64,000 nucleotides of DNA from an uncultured Nitrosomonadales bacterium. Its GTDB lineage: Bacteria > Pseudomonadota > Gammaproteobacteria > Burkholderiales > Gallionellaceae. Shown in pieces: positions 60,066 to 64,000 of this stretch. The DNA lies in contig CAIWRI010000110.1 in the NCBI GenBank assembly GCA_903915035.1, positions 6,796 through 70,795 on the forward strand, given 5' to 3'. Each line of letters starts with the position of its first letter. Position 1 is the first letter of the stretch. Under the pieces are notes generated by a model that did not search any database, was not told where the DNA came from, and saw only the letters and a program-made list of their open reading frames with translations. The position numbers were made by a program, and so were the translations under genes.

Positions 60066-60815
60066 TTAAATCACCTTCGCTTCATTTTTGAGTTTGCTCA
60101 CCAGTTCGGCGATGTCGGCCACTCTGATGCCGGCGCTGCGCAGGGCGGGTTCAGAGACTTGAATAGTGGTCAGACGCGGGGTGACATCGACACCGAGATC
60201 GGCCGGCTTGATATTTTCCAGCGGTTTTTTCTTGGCTTTCATGATATTGGGGAGTGTCGCGTAGCGAGGTTCGTTCAGACGCAGATCGGTGGAAATCACT
60301 GCAGGCAGCGCGAATTCCAAGGTTTCCAGTCCGCCGTCGATTTCCCGGGTGACAGCTGCGTTGCCATTTTCGATGACCACTTTCGAGGCAAAGGTAGCTT
60401 GCGGCCAGTCGAGCAGCGCGGCCAGCATCTGGCCTGTCTGATTCGCATCATCGTCGATCGCCTGCTTGCCGCAGATGACCAGCAGCGGCTGTTCCTTCTC
60501 GCAAAGCGCTTTAAGCAATTTGGCCACGGCCAGCGGTTGCAGTTCAATGCCGGTTTCAACCAGAATGGCCCGGTCGGCACCAATCGCTAAGGCCGTACGC
60601 AGCGTATCCTGGCAGGCCAAGACACCGCAGGACACAACGATCACTTCAGTCGCAATACCTGCTTCCTTGAGACGAACGGCCTCTTCCAAAGCGATTTCGT
60701 CGAAGGGGTTCATACTCATCTTGACGTTAGCCAGATCAACACCCGAACCGTCCGCTTTAACGCGCACCTTAACGTTGTAATCAACTACCCGTTTGACTGG
60801 GACGATAATTTTCAT
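60066..60815 (-). CDS. etfB: Electron transfer flavoprotein beta subunit
   Basis: 249 aa beginning [19 protein letters not shown]. It ends 3 nt before etfA. Confidence 0.9.
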   Translation of the reverse strand: MKIIVPVKRVVDYNVKVRVKADGSGVDLANVKMSMNPFDEIALEEAVRLKEAGIATEVIVVSCGVLACQDTLRTALAIGADRAILVETGIELQPLAVAKLLKALCEKEQPLLVICGKQAIDDDANQTGQMLAALLDWPQATFASKVVIENGNAAVTREIDGGLETLEFALPAVISTDLRLNEPRYATLPNIMKAKKKPLENIKPADLGVDVTPRLTTIQVSEPALRSAGIRVADIAELVSKLKNEAKVI

Positions 60816-61029
60816 GTTTTTCCTTTAAATATAACAAGCCTGGTTTCCGGAACCTCAATTTTAAACTCGACTCGGGAAATCGCAAAGCGTACTCTTTTGG
60901 CAGACTGAAGCGGACAAGTGTTATTGCCCGCTGCGGGAGCCTACTGAACCCTGATTTTGCTCAATCTGTACGGAGAGAACTCACGAAGCGCTTTGCAGCG
61001 AAAGCGCTTTAGATTGAGATCCGCCAGAA

Positions 61030-62667
61030 TTATTCGCTATCTACAGGGGGATGCACAAGCTTGCGCAGCACAAATTTCTGAATTTTGCCGGTTGCCGTTT
61101 TCGGCAAATCGCCAAAGACGATATGCTTAGGCACCTTGAAACGTGCCAGATGTGCCCGGCAATACTCAATTATGTCCACTTCAGCCACCTCAATATCCGC
61201 CTTCAGCTCCAGAAAAGCTGCCGGCACTTCACCCCATTTGTCGTCTGGCATAGCGACCACGGCGGCGGCAAACACGGCGGGGTGACGACACAACACTTCT
61301 TCGACTTCCAGCGAGGAAATATTTTCACCGCCTGAAATAATGATATCTTTGGAGCGATCCTTGATCTTGACGTAACCATCGCTGTGCACCACAGCCAGAT
61401 CACCAGTATGGAAATAACCACCGGCAAAGGCTTCTTCGGTCGCTTTCGGATTTTTCAGATAGCCCTTCATGACCACATTACCACGGAACATGATCTCGCC
61501 CATCGTCTCTCCATCCCAGGGCACCGGTTTCATCGTGTCCGGATCGAGGACGATAATCTGTTCCTGCATATGATAAGTCACACCCTGACGGCTATTGCGC
61601 TCGGCACGCTTTTCGATCGGCATGGCCTCCCATTCGGGTTGTTTGGCGCACACTGCAGCAGGACCATAGGTTTCGGTCAGACCGTACACATGGGTGATGC
61701 TAAAACCCAACTTTTCGGCACCTTCGATAATGACAGCCGGAGGCGCTGCGCCCGCGATCAGACTGTTGACCTGATGCTGGAAACTTTTTCTGGCGCTTGC
61801 CGGTGCGTTGATCAGCATGGCGTAAACGATGGGCGCGCCACACATGTGTGTTACGCGGTGTTGCTCGATCAAACTATAAATCAGGGCAGGATCAACTTTA
61901 CGCAAACAGATGCTGGTGCCCACATTGGCAGCGAGCGTCCAGGGGAAGCACCAGCCGTTGCAATGGAACATCGGCAGTGTCCACAAATATACCGCGTGCG
62001 GCTGCATGCCCCAGGAAATAATATTGCTGGCAGCATTCAAGTAAGCGCCGCGATGATGGTAGACCACACCCTTCGGGTTGCCGGTGGTGCCCGACGTATA
62101 GTTGAGCGAAATCGCGTCCCATTCATTTTCAGGTAACTGCCATTGAAAATCCGCACTGCCTTCACCAAGAAAAGTCTCGTAATCCGTTTCTCCGAGCGCG
62201 AAACCCAGTGTGTAATCAGGATCCTGAGTATCTATAACCAGTGGTTTCGGGCCTTCGAGTAATTCCAGCGCCGCTTTGATGATGGTTGAAAATTCAGGGT
62301 CGGTGATGAGCGCTTTTGCTTCCGAGTGACTCAGCATGAAGGCGAGCCCTTCCGCGTCCAGGCGTGTGTTGAGGGTATTGAGCACGGCACCGCTCATGGG
62401 GATGCCGAAGTGACATTCGAACATCGGGGCGGTATTGGGCAACATCACGGCGACTGTATCGCCTTTGCCGATTCCCCTGCCTGCCAGTGCTGCCGCAAGC
62501 TGGCAACTGCGCTGATAGGATTCCTGCCAGGTGTATTGGCGACTACCCTGAATAACCGAGATACGCTTCGGGTAAATAAATGCAGCCCGTTCGATAAAGC
62601 TCAACGGCGAAAGCTGAACATAATTAGCAGAATTTTGTTCTAGCCCAATACTATACTGATTAACCAT
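61030..62667 (-). CDS. AMP-forming acyl-CoA synthetase (medium/short-chain type)
   Basis: The start MVNQYSIG lies after GAGGAA. AMP-binding motifs: YTSGTTGNPKGV, YFHTGDLAV, KDIIISGGENIS. Confidence 0.85.
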   Translation of the reverse strand: MVNQYSIGLEQNSANYVQLSPLSFIERAAFIYPKRISVIQGSRQYTWQESYQRSCQLAAALAGRGIGKGDTVAVMLPNTAPMFECHFGIPMSGAVLNTLNTRLDAEGLAFMLSHSEAKALITDPEFSTIIKAALELLEGPKPLVIDTQDPDYTLGFALGETDYETFLGEGSADFQWQLPENEWDAISLNYTSGTTGNPKGVVYHHRGAYLNAASNIISWGMQPHAVYLWTLPMFHCNGWCFPWTLAANVGTSICLRKVDPALIYSLIEQHRVTHMCGAPIVYAMLINAPASARKSFQHQVNSLIAGAAPPAVIIEGAEKLGFSITHVYGLTETYGPAAVCAKQPEWEAMPIEKRAERNSRQGVTYHMQEQIIVLDPDTMKPVPWDGETMGEIMFRGNVVMKGYLKNPKATEEAFAGGYFHTGDLAVVHSDGYVKIKDRSKDIIISGGENISSLEVEEVLCRHPAVFAAAVVAMPDDKWGEVPAAFLELKADIEVAEVDIIEYCRAHLARFKVPKHIVFGDLPKTATGKIQKFVLRKLVHPPVDSE

Positions 62668-63988
62668 ATATATTTCCTCGTAACTTAATAGTTCACAGCG
62701 CATATAAAATTTTATTTTATGGCTGAATTAACCCCAACCGGGGTGTTAGTGTGGTCATTGCTGGAAAACAGGGAATTTTGTATTTTATTCTCACCCCAAA
62801 AGCATATTACATTAATGTTACGCCCCGATGCAAAGTAATATAAATAATACTTGGTTATTTGCAAAAGGACTACTCAGTGTCGTATTTTCCCTACTAGAAT
62901 TCAAGGTGCGCTCAATATTCAGTACACCTTTCTAATTTATCCCTGAAAAAGTATTTTAGCTTCGGTAACACCGGGATTAAAATCGGGGCAAGCGGGGATA
63001 TAAGGATGAGAAAATCGTAATTTTTCAAGCAATAAGCTGAACTTTCTCCTGGCGTCATTGTTGTTGCTTGCCATGCATTTTGCAGGTTCAGGCATGGAGA
63101 TGATTCGTGCCGCAGACTGATTACTGCTGCCTTTAACCCGGCACGGGCTATTTTAAACCCGGAATCAGCTATTTTTAACAAAAGCGGGCTTATTTAAACA
63201 CAGGCTCGGCTTACCACCACTGCACAGATTTTTCTCAACGATAAAGGCATAACTCATCTACTACCCCGGGGAGGTCCTGATGCCATGCCGGCTTATGGCA
63301 AACTCGTGCCTGGCTATCCCAGAGTCAGGACTGCTTATTTCAGTACTTTCACCTCCATATCCCGCCGTCATCCGGACATGAGAAACGCCGGTGCACGCAT
63401 ACGCCGTCACCAATCTAACTTAGCCCGCCCGTGCTCAGGATAGCAACTTACCATGCCAGCATAAGCCGTTCTCTATCAGACATAGGAAATAACGACACAG
63501 GCATAAGCCGTACTGGCATCAACAAAAAAAGGCTATGTAAACATAGTTAAGCCTGTAACGACGAGAAAAAAAACGGCTATTCTGGTGATTTTTATGTGTT
63601 TTTTTAAGCAAAAAACCGTGTGTTAAAGTAAAAAAATTATTTAATCAACCGTTATTTAAAGAGAGGGTATCCGGTGTAATGATTTAATAATTCTGGTCAC
63701 TAAGCGTTAGTGAATTTTTTATTCTTCGCTGAAATAATTTTGTCATTAACTGACCTTTCAGGTTACACTCAACACCGGCGCTGCCTTTTAATTTATCTCA
63801 ACTGTAAACTTGTCTTACAGCGACGGTTAATTGATACAGGGAGTGACCTTCATCCGTTTTGTTGTTAGCAGGCGAAAATACTTATAAATACAGGCAACGA
63901 CTGGTCAAAAAAGTCTTGCCCGCCTGATTAATCGCGGCAAAACTTCACGCAACAAAATGTTTAAATCATTGTCAATTGGAGGATAGTT

Positions 63989-64000
63989 ATGCAACCACAA
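63989..64000 (+). CDS. Probable start of a gene that runs out of the window
   Basis: GGAGGA lies 6 nt upstream of the ATG at 63989. Only 4 codons are visible, so this call is very tentative. Confidence 0.25.

Noticed and set aside
62912-63181. An 89-aa minus-strand ORF in the 1.3-kb spacer, whose peptide contains SPCLNL like the spurious ORFs in the two-copy element. This hinted at a third copy of that element.
   Set aside because: - The nucleotide match to the element is limited to a few 7-8-mers (e.g. TTCAGGCA, GGATATA).
- The GGA bias in this region is not clear.
- The ORF has no start context.
- The evidence is insufficient for either a gene or a third copy.

Overview
This is a 64-kb chromosomal segment of roughly 50% GC. 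Its gene content fits a free-living beta- or gamma-proteobacterium; I cannot place it more precisely without a database search. I count about 47 credible protein genes, mostly housekeeping or ordinary accessory metabolism:
- a copA gene truncated at its 5' end by the window edge, and uvrB
- a PBP-PAS-GGDEF-EAL protein, slyX, and a glgP-type phosphorylase
- a ybhGFSR-like ABC-2 exporter operon and kup
- a dense two-component / c-di-GMP signalling cluster (21.3-34.1 kb)
- srkA and an aspartate aminotransferase
- a co-directional string of lutA-lutC-lutB, Fe-S D-lactate dehydrogenase, lactate permease and ppsA, with a divergent LldR-like GntR regulator
- emrAB-like efflux genes
- an ETF / fatty-acid-oxidation cluster

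There is one tRNA-Lys(CUU) with a textbook promoter and terminator. I saw no CRISPR array, transposase, integrase, prophage, restriction-modification system or recognisable defence gene.

The signals that ordinary annotation does not explain are non-coding:
1. An element of about 310-390 nt occurs twice in inverted orientation (10.3 kb and 48.0 kb). Its substitution pattern is non-coding and one strand is strongly GGA-rich. I propose it as a candidate pair of CsrA/RsmA-type sponge sRNAs; this is unverified.
2. An 812-bp structure lies next to tRNA-Lys. It has two 268-bp arms that are about 99% identical reverse complements around a 275-bp spacer. Each arm carries a palindromic pair of DnaA-box-like 9-mers.
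3. A translationally coupled pair of tiny ORFs sits in the same AT-rich tract.

The signalling cluster also contains an unusual 1445-aa relay protein with degenerate modules. All functional readings are hypotheses. No search, folding or statistics could be run, and all counts are hand counts.
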